Assembly (NCBI GenBank): GCA_036499375.1
Contig: DASYDV010000023.1
Span: 33,075-97,074, forward strand
DNA from: Candidatus Udaeobacter sp.
GTDB lineage: Bacteria > Verrucomicrobiota > Verrucomicrobiia > Chthoniobacterales > UBA10450
Length of the DNA: 64,000 nt
Direction: 5' to 3'
Positions 1 to 9,038 of this stretch are shown in pieces. How positions within the stretch are numbered: position 1 is the first letter of the stretch; the number at the start of each line of letters is the position of its first letter. Below the pieces are notes generated by a model. That model was not told the origin of the DNA, did not search any database, and saw nothing but the letters and a program-made list of their open reading frames with translations. Made by a program: the position numbers and the translations under genes.

Positions 1-2312
1 TCCTCGTAACATCCAGCAATCGGCAGAGCAGCCAGGGCGCGAGTCGCGCCATCGATATCACGCCCGCACACTGCTCCTTCAAGCCAAAGTTCCGCCATGT
101 TTTTGCCCTCGCGCGGATCTTCAGCCACGATCGTTTCCACCGTGGAGCGCAGTGGCCGCGGATCAGCATGCCAGCGGAGTTCTATTGCCGCGCGAAACGC
201 ACGGGTGTTTGCATCTTTAGGATCAACCGCGATTGCGCGGTCCAGGACCCCCTCGGCATCTGCATACCGGCGCAGACAGAGGTAACTATTAGCAAGTTGC
301 TGAAGCACGTTCGCGTTTCGCGGGTCCAACTCGACAGCGCGCTCAAGATTTTTCGTCGATTCAGTCCAGCGTCCCTGTCGTCGATCGATATAACCGGTCA
401 AAACAAAGACAAGCGGCTCGTTAGGCAAGCTCTTCTGTGCAAGGCTAAGTTCCCTGCGGGCGCGGTCGTAATCAAGATAACCCCAATACAAATGTCTGGC
501 CAGCGCGAGATGCGCTTCGCCTGAATTGGGGCGCAGGCGAGTAAGTGATTGGATCGCCGCGTCGGCCAAGGCCAACCGCGCAGGAGTATGATCAATACCG
601 CTGAAGTAGAATTGATCATATGCCAACGCGACTTGGTAGTAGGCAAGCGCAAAGTTTGGATCGCGTTCGATTGCCTCGTTCAGCAAGCGTACGGCCTCTG
701 ACAGACTCTCCAGTTGAGGCGTACTAAAGCCCGAGGCGGTGATGAGCGTCTTGGCATGAATGTACAACTCGTACGCTGCCAGATCAGCCGTTGGTTTTTC
801 TCCGATGGCCGCTTTTTCAACCGGAGAGATTTCGGCTTGAAGCTGCGCGACGATTTTTCCAGCCACCTCACTTTCGATTGCGAAGACGTCCGCAATATCG
901 CGGTCGTACCGTTCGGCCCAAACCTGGCTGTCAGTACGCGCATCGATCAACTGTGCGTTGATGCGCACCCGCCCCCCAGTGCGTTGGACGGTGCCTTCCA
1001 ACACGTGTGCAACGCCGAGCGCTTTCGCGATCTCACGCAGATTGCGGTTGGCACTGCTTTTGTACTGCAATGTCGAAGTACGGCTGATGACTTTCAGATC
1101 AGCAACTTTGGTCAATCCCGTGAGGATTTCATCCTGTACGCCATCAGCGAAGTAAGCATTCTGTTTCTCGTTGCTCAAATTTTCGAATGGAAGAACAGCG
1201 ATGGATTTTTCCCTAATCGCCGGCACATGTGCCACCGGTTGAGCTTGCCGAGTGGACGCTCCGAAATACACGCCCGCCAACACGAGAACGGAAGCTGCCG
1301 CGAGGCTGGCAATAAGCAGCGGCTTCCTGCTTGCAGGCTTGGCAAAACTCGCACTTATTCTCGCCTGCCCTGGCGGAAGCTGGAGCCGTTGCGCAACTTC
1401 AACTGCCGATTGCGGACGTCGCGATGGATCTTTTGCGAGGCAAGCCGCGACCGTGTCTTCGCAAAGCTTTGGAATGGATGCCTGCTCGATGTCGAATTCT
1501 TTGCGCCGCTCCGTCATCGAAGGAGCGACTCGCTCGCAAATCTGCCGATCGATGTTGCCCGAATAGAATGGCGGTTTGCTCGTAAGCAGTTCGTAGATGG
1601 TTGCGCCTAACGAGTAGATGTCGTCGAGATGTGTGCCGTGTTCGCCGCTCAACTGCTGCGGGCTCATGTAAACGAGCGTGCCGCTTCGGCCCTGTTCCGC
1701 GGTTAATCGACTCGCCGAATCAGCAAGACTACGCGCGATACCAAAATCGGTGATCTTCAGGTCGCCTCGTTGATTCACCATCAGGTTTGCTGGCTTCAAA
1801 TCACGATGAATGACCTTCGCGCGATTGTGCGCATAATCGAGAGCATCGCAGAGCTGACTCACCCAGGTAGAGATTTCGTCCGGCTCGAAGACCCTCTGCT
1901 CCTTCTCAGCTCGCAAGTTCGATAGGGTTTCGCCATCGACGTACTCCATGGAAATGCACCCTGAGCGTTCGTCGTGCACGAAGTCGTGAATCCGAACGAT
2001 GTGCGGATGCGTCAGTTCCAGGCAGCGCTTTGTCTCACGCTTGAGTTGATCCAACATCGCACGATCTCGAATCATCAAGTCGGGAAGAAACTTCAGCGCG
2101 ACGTCGCGCTGCAGCTCTTCATCGCGTGCCAGCCACACGATCCCCATTCCGCCTCGGCCGAGCACCTTGATTAGCGTGTAGCGGCCAAAGACTACTTGCC
2201 CATCAGCAGCATCGAGCGCCGTTTGCAGAAGGCAACCTGGGCAGCCTCCCTCAGGCGCGTCGGCCGGGATTTCGGTTCCGCACTTTCCGCAAACTCTGAT
2301 TGCATTGTTCAC
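1..2312 (-). CDS. Ser/Thr protein kinase with N-terminal zinc-ribbon, TM segment and C-terminal TPR repeats (3' end runs off the window)
   Basis: Absent from the ORF track because there is no stop codon inside the window. The reverse-strand translation from GTG at 2312 reads VNNAIRVCGKCG..CPGCLL. It then shows GRYTLIKVLGRGGMGIVWLA (Gly loop), VALK, VIHRDLKPANL (catalytic loop) and ITDFGIA. A TM-like stretch KPLLIASLAAAASVLVLAGVYFG lies at about 1261-1330, followed by IAVLPFENLS and TPR-like repeats in 1-700. Confidence 0.85.
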   Translation of the reverse strand, partial: MNNAIRVCGKCGTEIPADAPEGGCPGCLLQTALDAADGQVVFGRYTLIKVLGRGGMGIVWLARDEELQRDVALKFLPDLMIRDRAMLDQLKRETKRCLELTHPHIVRIHDFVHDERSGCISMEYVDGETLSNLRAEKEQRVFEPDEISTWVSQLCDALDYAHNRAKVIHRDLKPANLMVNQRGDLKITDFGIARSLADSASRLTAEQGRSGTLVYMSPQQLSGEHGTHLDDIYSLGATIYELLTSKPPFYSGNIDRQICERVAPSMTERRKEFDIEQASIPKLCEDTVAACLAKDPSRRPQSAVEVAQRLQLPPGQARISASFAKPASRKPLLIASLAAASVLVLAGVYFGASTRQAQPVAHVPAIREKSIAVLPFENLSNEKQNAYFADGVQDEILTGLTKVADLKVISRTSTLQYKSSANRNLREIAKALGVAHVLEGTVQRTGGRVRINAQLIDARTDSQVWAERYDRDIADVFAIESEVAGKIVAQLQAEISPVEKAAIGEKPTADLAAYELYIHAKTLITASGFSTPQLESLSEAVRLLNEAIERDPNFALAYYQVALAYDQFYFSGIDHTPARLALADAAIQSLTRLRPNSGEAHLALARHLYWGYLDYDRARRELSLAQKSLPNEPLVFVLTGYIDRRQGRWTESTKNLERAVELDPRNANVLQQLANSYLCLRRYADAEGVLDRAIAVDPKDANTRAFRAAIELRWHADPRPLRSTVETIVAEDPREGKNMAELWLEGAVCGRDIDGATRALAALPIAGCYE

Positions 2313-2323
2313 GGCCGCTTTTC

Positions 2324-2644
2324 CTAGCAGAGCGTTTTGAACCGCGGATTGTTCCGGAGCAGCGCAGGAGTGAGCGGTATACTTTCAGCCAGCGCACCAT
2401 AATACGGTATCGAGAGTAGTTTCTGCAATCCAGCGATGGCGCGGTCGTTCGCGAGCAGTTTCGGATAGCCCACAACGTCGATCAACAGCGCGTGTCCAAT
2501 CTCCGGTTGGAGGTCGGACGTCGGTTCCGCGGGCGAGTGTTGCGGGTTCACCGGTTGAGATACAATATGGGCGCAGCAATTTAGGGCAAACACGTGCGGC
2601 ACAAGCAGAAACGTTGTGTCGAACGAGATCGAGATCGTCCGCAT
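2324..2644 (-). CDS. hypothetical protein (106 aa)
   Basis: ORF lying between the HTTM gene and the kinase on the same strand. It has a hydrophobic, Cys-containing N-terminus. The stretch HALLIDVVGYPKL faintly resembles the start of a nucleotide cyclase domain. No confident family assignment. Confidence 0.3.
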   Translation of the reverse strand: MRTISISFDTTFLLVPHVFALNCCAHIVSQPVNPQHSPAEPTSDLQPEIGHALLIDVVGYPKLLANDRAIAGLQKLLSIPYYGALAESIPLTPALLRNNPRFKTLC

Positions 2645-2664
2645 TCCTTTCCATCCAAATCATT

Positions 2665-3585
2665 CTACGAACCAACTTTCTGCGGCCGTAGGCTGATTGT
2701 GCAGCGCTCCAAGTGACTAAGTCGAGGAGCGAATGCCGCCACATTCAAAACGATCATGACGAATGCGAAGAGATACATCCCCATGGCAAGGCCAATGCCG
2801 GCATGCATAGCACAAATGCCAATCAACCAAATTTTTCTCGATTTGCTGTGCCAGATAAAAAATGGATATCCGATTTCCAATAGGCAAACAAACATTCCCG
2901 CGACTGGGAACACGTATCTCCATCGCACGAGTATCTCAGGATCGATCACGTTGAACGGCGGGCGGATGAGCGCGCGCCACACACTCGATCCGTCCCACCA
3001 GCCGCTACCGAGGCATTTGGTCAGGCCGCTAAAAAAATAGACAACGCACAAATGGAGTTGAAGGACGCGCCGCCAAAATCCTAAAAACTGCGGATGCTTC
3101 GGTTCCAAGGTTCGGAGTCGCCAATCGAGCGAGAACCGGTCGGGCAGCGGCGATAACATCAGGTAGAACAGGCCGATGGTCATGAAATTATCCATTCCAT
3201 AGGAAACGAAGCCTCCGCTTTTCGCCGCGCACAGGTGTAAAAGCCACGCCGCAATGGCCGAGAAGCGGCAGGAAACTCCGACAAGCAGGGCACAACCAGA
3301 AGCAAACAAACAAAGCCATGCCAGAAACAGCACCCTCTCTTCGCGCACGCCGAGTTGCGCCGCCAGAGCAATAAACCACCCGAGTCTCGGGACAAAATGG
3401 CTTTCCAGAGAGAGCAGCGCTTCCGCCAGGTTGCGTGCAGTTCCCGAAAGCAAATAGGTCCAATCGTTTTGAAGAGAGAGGGAGTAAAGCGTTACCTCCA
3501 GACCAAGGCCGATCCGTAATACAGTCAACCAACTATCCGTCTGGGCTGGGAACAAAAATTCGAGCAGCCGGGTCTTGACGCGCAT
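2665..3585 (-). CDS. HTTM-domain (vitamin K-dependent gamma-carboxylase-like / SdpB-like) polytopic membrane protein
   Basis: 306 aa with multiple TM helices. N-terminal WLTVLRIGLGLEV and central LQLHLCVVYFFSGLTKCLGSGWWDGSSVWRAL match the HTTM pattern (FRI..G, vY..aG..K...W.dG.a) as I remember it. Confidence 0.5.
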   Translation of the reverse strand: MRVKTRLLEFLFPAQTDSWLTVLRIGLGLEVTLYSLSLQNDWTYLLSGTARNLAEALLSLESHFVPRLGWFIALAAQLGVREERVLFLAWLCLFASGCALLVGVSCRFSAIAAWLLHLCAAKSGGFVSYGMDNFMTIGLFYLMLSPLPDRFSLDWRLRTLEPKHPQFLGFWRRVLQLHLCVVYFFSGLTKCLGSGWWDGSSVWRALIRPPFNVIDPEILVRWRYVFPVAGMFVCLLEIGYPFFIWHSKSRKIWLIGICAMHAGIGLAMGMYLFAFVMIVLNVAAFAPRLSHLERCTISLRPQKVGS

Positions 3586-3590
3586 CTGGC

Positions 3591-4157
3591 TTAGTGATTG
3601 TTCGTTTTGGCAGGCGCGTTCTCGAGACTGAAATCGTACGCGTACAGGAACTCATATGATTCTCGTTTTCCCTCCTTGAACTCGCGTGCGGTCGGTAACC
3701 TGATCGATCCCACTATCGCGCGAACACTCTCAACGTCAGGATGCTCGCGCCAGACGGATTGCGCCAGCGTCTTCACCAAAATTTCCCGCAAAGCGTCGTA
3801 AGGGGTGCGCCCGATGTTATCCAGTAAACCGGCTATTCGCAGCCCGGCCGCTGCGCTGCTAACCGACGGCAACTCATATTCTACTCGTCCTTTCCCGTAG
3901 TGTAACTCGAAGACGAGTCTGTAACCGCCCGGCACGTTTGGCGCAAAGTATCCGTAACCGGTTTCGATCCCGGCGAGCTGCACATACGTGTTGAGCGCCT
4001 CGCGCACTGGACTCGACGCCGGCAGCTCTTGGCCGAGCGCAGTGGAAAGAGCCGTCTCCGCTTTTTGGGAGAAATTCTTAAATGAAACAGGAAGAATTGT
4101 TGGCCCCTCCGCCACCACGCGGAACGTGTCGCGACAGGAAACCGAAACGATCAGCAA
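3591..4157 (-). CDS. hypothetical protein, HTTM-associated partner (188 aa)
   Basis: Ends 6 nt upstream of the HTTM gene on the same strand. Contains GYGYFAPNVPGGY. The annotated start is TTG. The in-frame upstream stretch WVFRHKYAYTAGLTLHF looks like the first half of a TM helix but has no ATG/GTG/TTG, so the start is uncertain. Confidence 0.4.
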   Translation of the reverse strand: MLIVSVSCRDTFRVVAEGPTILPVSFKNFSQKAETALSTALGQELPASSPVREALNTYVQLAGIETGYGYFAPNVPGGYRLVFELHYGKGRVEYELPSVSSAAAGLRIAGLLDNIGRTPYDALREILVKTLAQSVWREHPDVESVRAIVGSIRLPTAREFKEGKRESYEFLYAYDFSLENAPAKTNNH

Positions 4158-4244
4158 AAAATGCAGGGTGAGCCCCGCCGTGTACGCATACTTGTGGCGG
4201 AAGACCCATCCAGTTTTCAGAAGCGACCTAGATAACGGCGCTGC

Positions 4245-4742
4245 TTATTTTTTGAGCGCGTCGAGAACCGCGATTATGTCACCTGGATAAGGAGATTGAA
4301 CCCTGTACGTAAGGTGAGGGTCGTTAACGGCGGATTCTCCAGCCGCTATGTTGTCCGCGGCCCTGGATTTTGTGACCTTGACAGTCCTGATATTTCCCGG
4401 AAAGGGAGAGGGGCAATCGTACTTCGAGCAATCGTTATCGTTATAAGAGTAGTCCCGACTGGGTTCATCGCCAGGGTTCTTGATAACGCAGATGCAATAA
4501 CTCGCTCGCTTATCATTGTGGCTACGAATTTGTTTCAACGCGTTCTCGAAGCTAGTCTGGTCCTTCCACTCAACGTAAATCCTTTTTTCTCTGACACCTG
4601 GCAGCTTACGTCCAATCTCGAGGTAGGCATAACTTGTCGTGTTGAGGATGGGTGGAAATGGAAAATTGCAGCAGCTGACGACCACAACCGTCACAATCAC
4701 GCCTAATACAACAAACCGGAATGTTCCAGATAGCGTCTTCAT
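4245..4742 (-). CDS. putative lipoprotein, Cys-rich, unknown function
   Basis: N-terminus MKTLSGTFRFVVLGVIVTVVVVSC has a lipobox-like VVSC. There are seven Cys in the mature part. No family recognised. Confidence 0.45.
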   Translation of the reverse strand: MKTLSGTFRFVVLGVIVTVVVVSCCNFPFPPILNTTSYAYLEIGRKLPGVREKRIYVEWKDQTSFENALKQIRSHNDKRASYCICVIKNPGDEPSRDYSYNDNDCSKYDCPSPFPGNIRTVKVTKSRAADNIAAGESAVNDPHLTYRVQSPYPGDIIAVLDALKK

Positions 4743-4921
4743 GGCGACAGCTGTTTTGACTCAGTGGTCGGGACTTATCAAGCATAAAGTTTCGGAATGC
4801 TGACTGTGCGTGCTTCCCTTTCACGCGCTCACGCATCAAACCGGCCAGCCGCCTTCGCGAGCTTCGGCGTGCCAGGCAGGCCGGTTGCTACAGGGATTGC
4901 GCTGCGCGACGTTGCGGCTGC

Positions 4922-6745
4922 ATGAACACAGTCTGGCGCGTTTTTGGTTATTTGAAGCGATATCCGTGGATGGCCGCGGGCACGTTGACCGCCGCGATTC
5001 TGAGCACGGTGATGGTGATCGTGTTCCCGAGCGTCACCAAATGGATCATTGATGACGTGGTGCGCGCCAACCGGCCGGACAAATTGCTGCCGCTGATTCT
5101 GTTCGCCGCTGTCGCTTTCCTCGTTCAACACCTTTTCAATTCGCTCCGGATCATTCTGAACAACACATTCGAGCAGAAGGTCATTTTCGATCTGCGCAGC
5201 GATTTGTATTCGCATATTCAACTCCTGCCGTTGCGCTGGTTTGATAATCGCGCCACGGGCGATCTGATGACGCGTGTCATCGAGGACGTGAACTCGGTCG
5301 AGCGGGTGTTGATCGATGGAATCGAGCAAGGCGTCGTAGCAATTCTGCAAATCGTGATCGTGCTGACGGTGATGTTTTATTGGAACGCGAAGCTGGCATT
5401 GTTTGCGCTTGTCCCGTTTCCACTGCTCGTCGGGGGTGCGCTCGCATACACGCTCACCGCGCATCGACGATATCGAGTACAGCGGCGCGCTGCATCAAAC
5501 ATTAATGCGTTGTTGCACGACAATCTTGCTGGAATCCGCCAGATCAAAAGCTTCGCGCGCGAACGCGAGGAGCACGCGCGTTTCAATCGGGCAAGCGATC
5601 AACTGCGGCACGCTACCCTGGTGGTAATGCGGACCTGGGCGATTTACTCGCCGTCGATGTCGATGTTTGAAGCGATCGGCGCCGTGCTGGTGCTTGGATT
5701 TGGCAGTCACGCCGTTTTGACAGGTACCATGCAGATCGGCGATCTGGTCGCGTTTCTGCTGCTGATGGCCTTTCTGTACGATCCGGTCAGCCGACTGCAT
5801 CAGCTGAATCAATTGGTGCAGGCCGGCCGCGCGGCGGGCGAACGGGTGTTCGACATTCTGGACGAAGCAACCGAACCGGGCTTTGGAGCTTTACAAGCGC
5901 AGACATCGCTGCGCACTCCAAATACGCGCATCATCGGAGACATTCGATATCACAACGTGAGCTTCAGTTATGTCGAAGGTCTGTCTGCGCTCAGGCACGT
6001 TTCATTTGATGCGCCGCCGGGCACGACGACGGCGTTGGTCGGCGCCACCGGCGCGGGAAAATCGACTCTGGTGAATTTGCTGGTGCGCTTCTATGAGTTC
6101 GACTCCGGCCAAATCTACGTCGATGGCAAACCGATTCGAGATTACGACCTGTGCACGCTGCGCGAAGCCGTCGGCGTAGTGACACAGGAAAGTTTTTTAT
6201 TCAACGGATCCATTCGTGAAAATCTTTTGATGGGCAAACCCAAAGCGTCTGAGGCGGAATTATGGCGCGCCGTGGACGCTGCGAACGCGCGGCAGTTCAT
6301 TGAGCGTTTGCCTGACGGTCTACAAAGCGTGGTTGGCGAGCGGGGCGTAAAGTTGAGCGTGGGCGAAAAACAACGGCTTTCAATCGCACGGGCGCTACTG
6401 AAGGACCCGCCTATTTTGATTCTTGATGAAGCCACTGCCAGCGTGGATACAGCAACGGAACGATTGATTCAGGAGGCGCTGGAACATCTGATGGCGAACC
6501 GCACATCGATTGTGATTGCGCATCGGCTTTCGACAATCGTGCGTGCCGACCAGATTCTGGTACTCGATCATGGCCAAATTATCGAGCGGGGCACACATGA
6601 GGAATTGCTCGCGCTCGATCGAAAATATGCGCAGCTATGCCGGCAGAGCTTGCTGGAGTCTTCGCCCCGGGCGGAGGTAGAACCCCGGGCGGAAGTAGTC
6701 ACGTCTGAAGTCCCGGAGACGGAACAGGAGCGATTGTCGGTCTAA
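4922..6745 (+). CDS. ABC exporter, fused permease/ATPase (MsbA/multidrug type)
   Basis: 607 aa. Six-TM N-terminal half, Walker A GATGAGKST, signature LSVGEKQRLSIARA, Walker B ILILDEATASVD and an H-loop AHRLST. Confidence 0.9.
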   Translation: MNTVWRVFGYLKRYPWMAAGTLTAAILSTVMVIVFPSVTKWIIDDVVRANRPDKLLPLILFAAVAFLVQHLFNSLRIILNNTFEQKVIFDLRSDLYSHIQLLPLRWFDNRATGDLMTRVIEDVNSVERVLIDGIEQGVVAILQIVIVLTVMFYWNAKLALFALVPFPLLVGGALAYTLTAHRRYRVQRRAASNINALLHDNLAGIRQIKSFAREREEHARFNRASDQLRHATLVVMRTWAIYSPSMSMFEAIGAVLVLGFGSHAVLTGTMQIGDLVAFLLLMAFLYDPVSRLHQLNQLVQAGRAAGERVFDILDEATEPGFGALQAQTSLRTPNTRIIGDIRYHNVSFSYVEGLSALRHVSFDAPPGTTTALVGATGAGKSTLVNLLVRFYEFDSGQIYVDGKPIRDYDLCTLREAVGVVTQESFLFNGSIRENLLMGKPKASEAELWRAVDAANARQFIERLPDGLQSVVGERGVKLSVGEKQRLSIARALLKDPPILILDEATASVDTATERLIQEALEHLMANRTSIVIAHRLSTIVRADQILVLDHGQIIERGTHEELLALDRKYAQLCRQSLLESSPRAEVEPRAEVVTSEVPETEQERLSV

Positions 6746-6798
6746 CAAGTCGGCTGCAACCAGGGACACACCATCATGGGTCAGGCAAGGCGCCTGGG

Positions 6799-7347
6799 TT
6801 ACGACAGATCGCTCAGCAAGAGGTCCTGATATTTTCGTTCCAACTCCGCATAACGTTGCTCGGTCTCCGCAGAAGCCCGGCGTTCCTCCTGGAGGGTTTG
6901 TTCAAGATCGCGAATTCGTTCCTGAAGACGAATGGACATTTTTGCAATGGCTGGGCCCACTGGATCGCCAAGTTGAATTTGTATTTGATCGTCATCAATT
7001 TGTGAGAGCGCTTTTTCCCACAGGTCCGGCATTTGCCGGATTTGACGACGAGTACCGTCACAGGTGTTGATGACGAAAGTTTCGCCGTCAATTTCACCGA
7101 GCCGAATAAACTCCTTTAATGCGCCGAGCGTGGTAGGTCCGTAATAATGTTCTGTTGTGAGCTCGACCAGCCAGTCCATGCCGAGCTGCGGGAGCATCGA
7201 CGCTTTAGTCCAAGTCTGCTGATCATTTGAGAGGGTGTCGTGTGGCGCGATGTGCGCGGCAGCTGCCCAACGCGCGATTTGATCGAACTGCACCGGGCCG
7301 AAGGTGCTTCCGTCCTCGTCCTTGCGGAGAAACCACCTTTGATTCAC
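6799..7347 (-). CDS. GYF_2 (DUF4339)-like domain protein with C-terminal coiled coil
   Basis: Two W....dG...GP.....l......G-type units (WFLRKDEDGSTFGPVQFDQIARW and YYGPTTLGALKEFIRLGEI). Heptad-like C-terminus. GTG start. Confidence 0.45.
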   Translation of the reverse strand: MNQRWFLRKDEDGSTFGPVQFDQIARWAAAAHIAPHDTLSNDQQTWTKASMLPQLGMDWLVELTTEHYYGPTTLGALKEFIRLGEIDGETFVINTCDGTRRQIRQMPDLWEKALSQIDDDQIQIQLGDPVGPAIAKMSIRLQERIRDLEQTLQEERRASAETEQRYAELERKYQDLLLSDLS

Positions 7348-7365
7348 GGGAGATTCGATTGCCAG

Positions 7366-7833
7366 TTAGGGCGGCGTGCTGGAAGCGGAAGCGGCAGGCG
7401 ACAGCGTCGGAATAACAATCGTCTGACCCGCCTGTAGTTTACGGCCGTCTTCGATGTGGTTAGCGTTTTCCAAGTCGTCCACAGTCACTTTGTACATCTT
7501 GGCGATTGATGTAAGCGTCTCCCCGCGCGCCACAGTGTGGCTGTTACCCGCAACGGCGGGGTGCGATGTCGAGAGGGACGGAGCGGCGCTAGCCGGCGTT
7601 GGCGCTCCTTCGCCGATCATTACGCCGGGACGAACATGAGAGAGTTGTTGCTCCAATTTTAGGATTTCCTGAGAAAGCGCGTCGATTTTCGCGTTTTGTT
7701 CGTCAATTTTCTTTGCAAGGGCTTCCAGTTGCGCCACCTGATCCGATTTCGTCCCATCCGGCGCCGGGGTCTGGGCAGAAGCAATGCAAAGCGCGAAAGC
7801 GCTTATCGCGCACAAAATGGCACTTACTTTCAT
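7366..7833 (-). CDS. secreted LysM-domain protein with coiled coil
   Basis: The internal ATG at 7833 gives the signal peptide MKVSAILCAISAFALCIASAQ. C-terminal LysM: HTVARGETLTSIAKMYKVTVDDLENANHIEDGRKLQAGQTIVIP. The longer track ORF (to 8091) overlaps the UBact gene and lacks a signal peptide. Confidence 0.75.
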   Translation of the reverse strand: MKVSAILCAISAFALCIASAQTPAPDGTKSDQVAQLEALAKKIDEQNAKIDALSQEILKLEQQLSHVRPGVMIGEGAPTPASAAPSLSTSHPAVAGNSHTVARGETLTSIAKMYKVTVDDLENANHIEDGRKLQAGQTIVIPTLSPAASASSTPP

Positions 7834-8037
7834 CAAAGCGAGACTTTGCCACCACCAGTTTTGTATGACAAGCGCCTTCGCCGCATTAAACGGTAAATAG
7901 TTGATGCGTTGAACAGGAAAATCAGATGCAACGTTATGACGATTTACGCTTGAGGAGAGCGACAGAAACTCGAATTGAAAGCGTGAACCCGCGAAGCGCA
8001 CAGCTTGCGTTTCCAACATTTGCTCGTACGTTTTTTT

Positions 8038-8214
8038 ATGCCTGAGCGCATTCAAAAGCCGGTTGAACCGGCTCCATGGGGACCTAAACAAGGCGATGGC
8101 GGGGGGCCGCGTTCGCCGGACATTTCGCGGCCGGACACAAAGGATCTCTTAAAAAAAATGCGCAAGGTCGATCCCAACCAGTCCAAGCGCTATCGCCAGC
8201 GCACCGGTCAGTGA
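8038..8214 (+). CDS. UBact-type prokaryotic ubiquitin-like protein (Pup homolog)
   Basis: 58 aa from the ATG at 8038: MPERIQKPVEP...DTKDLLKKMRKVDPNQSKRYRQRTGQ. The sequence looks disordered and ends in RTGQ, matching the published UBact C-terminal signature R[T/S]G[E/Q]. The stop overlaps the start of the proteasome beta gene. Confidence 0.7.
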   Translation: MPERIQKPVEPAPWGPKQGDGGGPRSPDISRPDTKDLLKKMRKVDPNQSKRYRQRTGQ

Positions 8215-9038
8215 TGGAGGGTTCACAGCTGGGATTCGACCAGAATTTTTCTGGTGCAGTTGGCGACTTTCCTTCGCTCTTGCGACGCAAAGGTCTGCTT
8301 GCTCCGGCTGTCGCCGGTCCGATGCCACAGAAGGCGATACAGCAACAGACGTGGCAACCAACCGAGGCGACCACGATTCTGGCGTTCAAGTTTTCCGAGG
8401 GCGTTCTGGTAGCAGGCGATCGGCGCGCGACTGCAGGCAATACCGTTGTATACGATCGCGCGGACAAAGTTTTGGAGATCGACCGGCACTCAATCATGGC
8501 CATCGCTGGTGTGCCTGCGACCGCCTGGGAAATGGCGCGCGTGCTCGAGCATTCACTCCAATATTTTCGGCGCACTCAACTGCAGGAAATGAGTGTTGAT
8601 GGAAAGGTGCGCGCTCTCTCAAAACTGTTGCGGGACAATTTTGGATTCGTCATCCAGGGCATCGGCGTAGTAGTGCCCATCTTCGCGACTTACGACGGAA
8701 ATTCCAAGCCGGAGGCGCGCCTCTATTTTTACGACGCGATGGGCGCACAATTTGAGGCGACGGATTACGCGGCAACTGGATCGGGCTCGCCGGCGGTGCG
8801 CGGCATTCTCTATTATGAAAACAATTGGGGCGCGAAGGCGCTGCACAAACTAAAGGAAGAGGAAGCAATATCGTTGACATTGCGTGCACTCGACACTGCG
8901 GCTGAATCGGATACCGCGACGGCGGGCGTGGATCGCAGCGGAAAAATTTATCCCGTGATAAAAATTGTTTCGCGCGAAGGCATCACAACTTTGCCAGAGA
9001 GCAAAATTGCCGCGGTGTTCAAGGAAATGGTTGCATGA
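8211..9038 (+). CDS. prcB: 20S proteasome beta subunit (PrcB-like) with propeptide
   Basis: About 55-aa propeptide, then TTILAFKFSEGVLVAGDRRAT (catalytic Thr position) and typical Ntn-hydrolase beta-subunit spacing. Overlaps both the UBact stop and the prcA start. Confidence 0.8.
   Translation: MMEGSQLGFDQNFSGAVGDFPSLLRRKGLLAPAVAGPMPQKAIQQQTWQPTEATTILAFKFSEGVLVAGDRRATAGNTVVYDRADKVLEIDRHSIMAIAGVPATAWEMARVLEHSLQYFRRTQLQEMSVDGKVRALSKLLRDNFGFVIQGIGVVVPIFATYDGNSKPEARLYFYDAMGAQFEATDYAATGSGSPAVRGILYYENNWGAKALHKLKEEEAISLTLRALDTAAESDTATAGVDRSGKIYPVIKIVSREGITTLPESKIAAVFKEMVA

Noticed and set aside
714-1610. 298-aa plus-strand ORF, with nested ORFs at 958-1585.
   Set aside because: It is antisense to the kinase/TPR gene, whose reverse-strand translation shows unambiguous kinase and TPR motifs. 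The plus-strand product is Arg/Cys-rich with no recognisable motif.
2324-2644. The 106-aa ORF considered as an SdpC-like toxin precursor or an adenylate cyclase fragment.
   Set aside because: The resemblance is only positional and very weak (HALLIDVVGYPKL). No signal-peptide cleavage site or cyclase catalytic motifs are visible. It is kept as a low-confidence hypothetical protein.
7834-8091. Long 5' extensions of several track ORFs: LysM to 8091, sigma factor to 58182, M24 peptidase to 60233, ankyrin-YkuD to 49236, HtrA from 49049, PPK2 to 19998 and MFS to 19183.
   Set aside because: Internal ATG or TTG starts give proper signal peptides or canonical N-termini. They are preceded by RBS-like sequences in some cases (for example PPK2) and remove overlaps with neighbouring genes.
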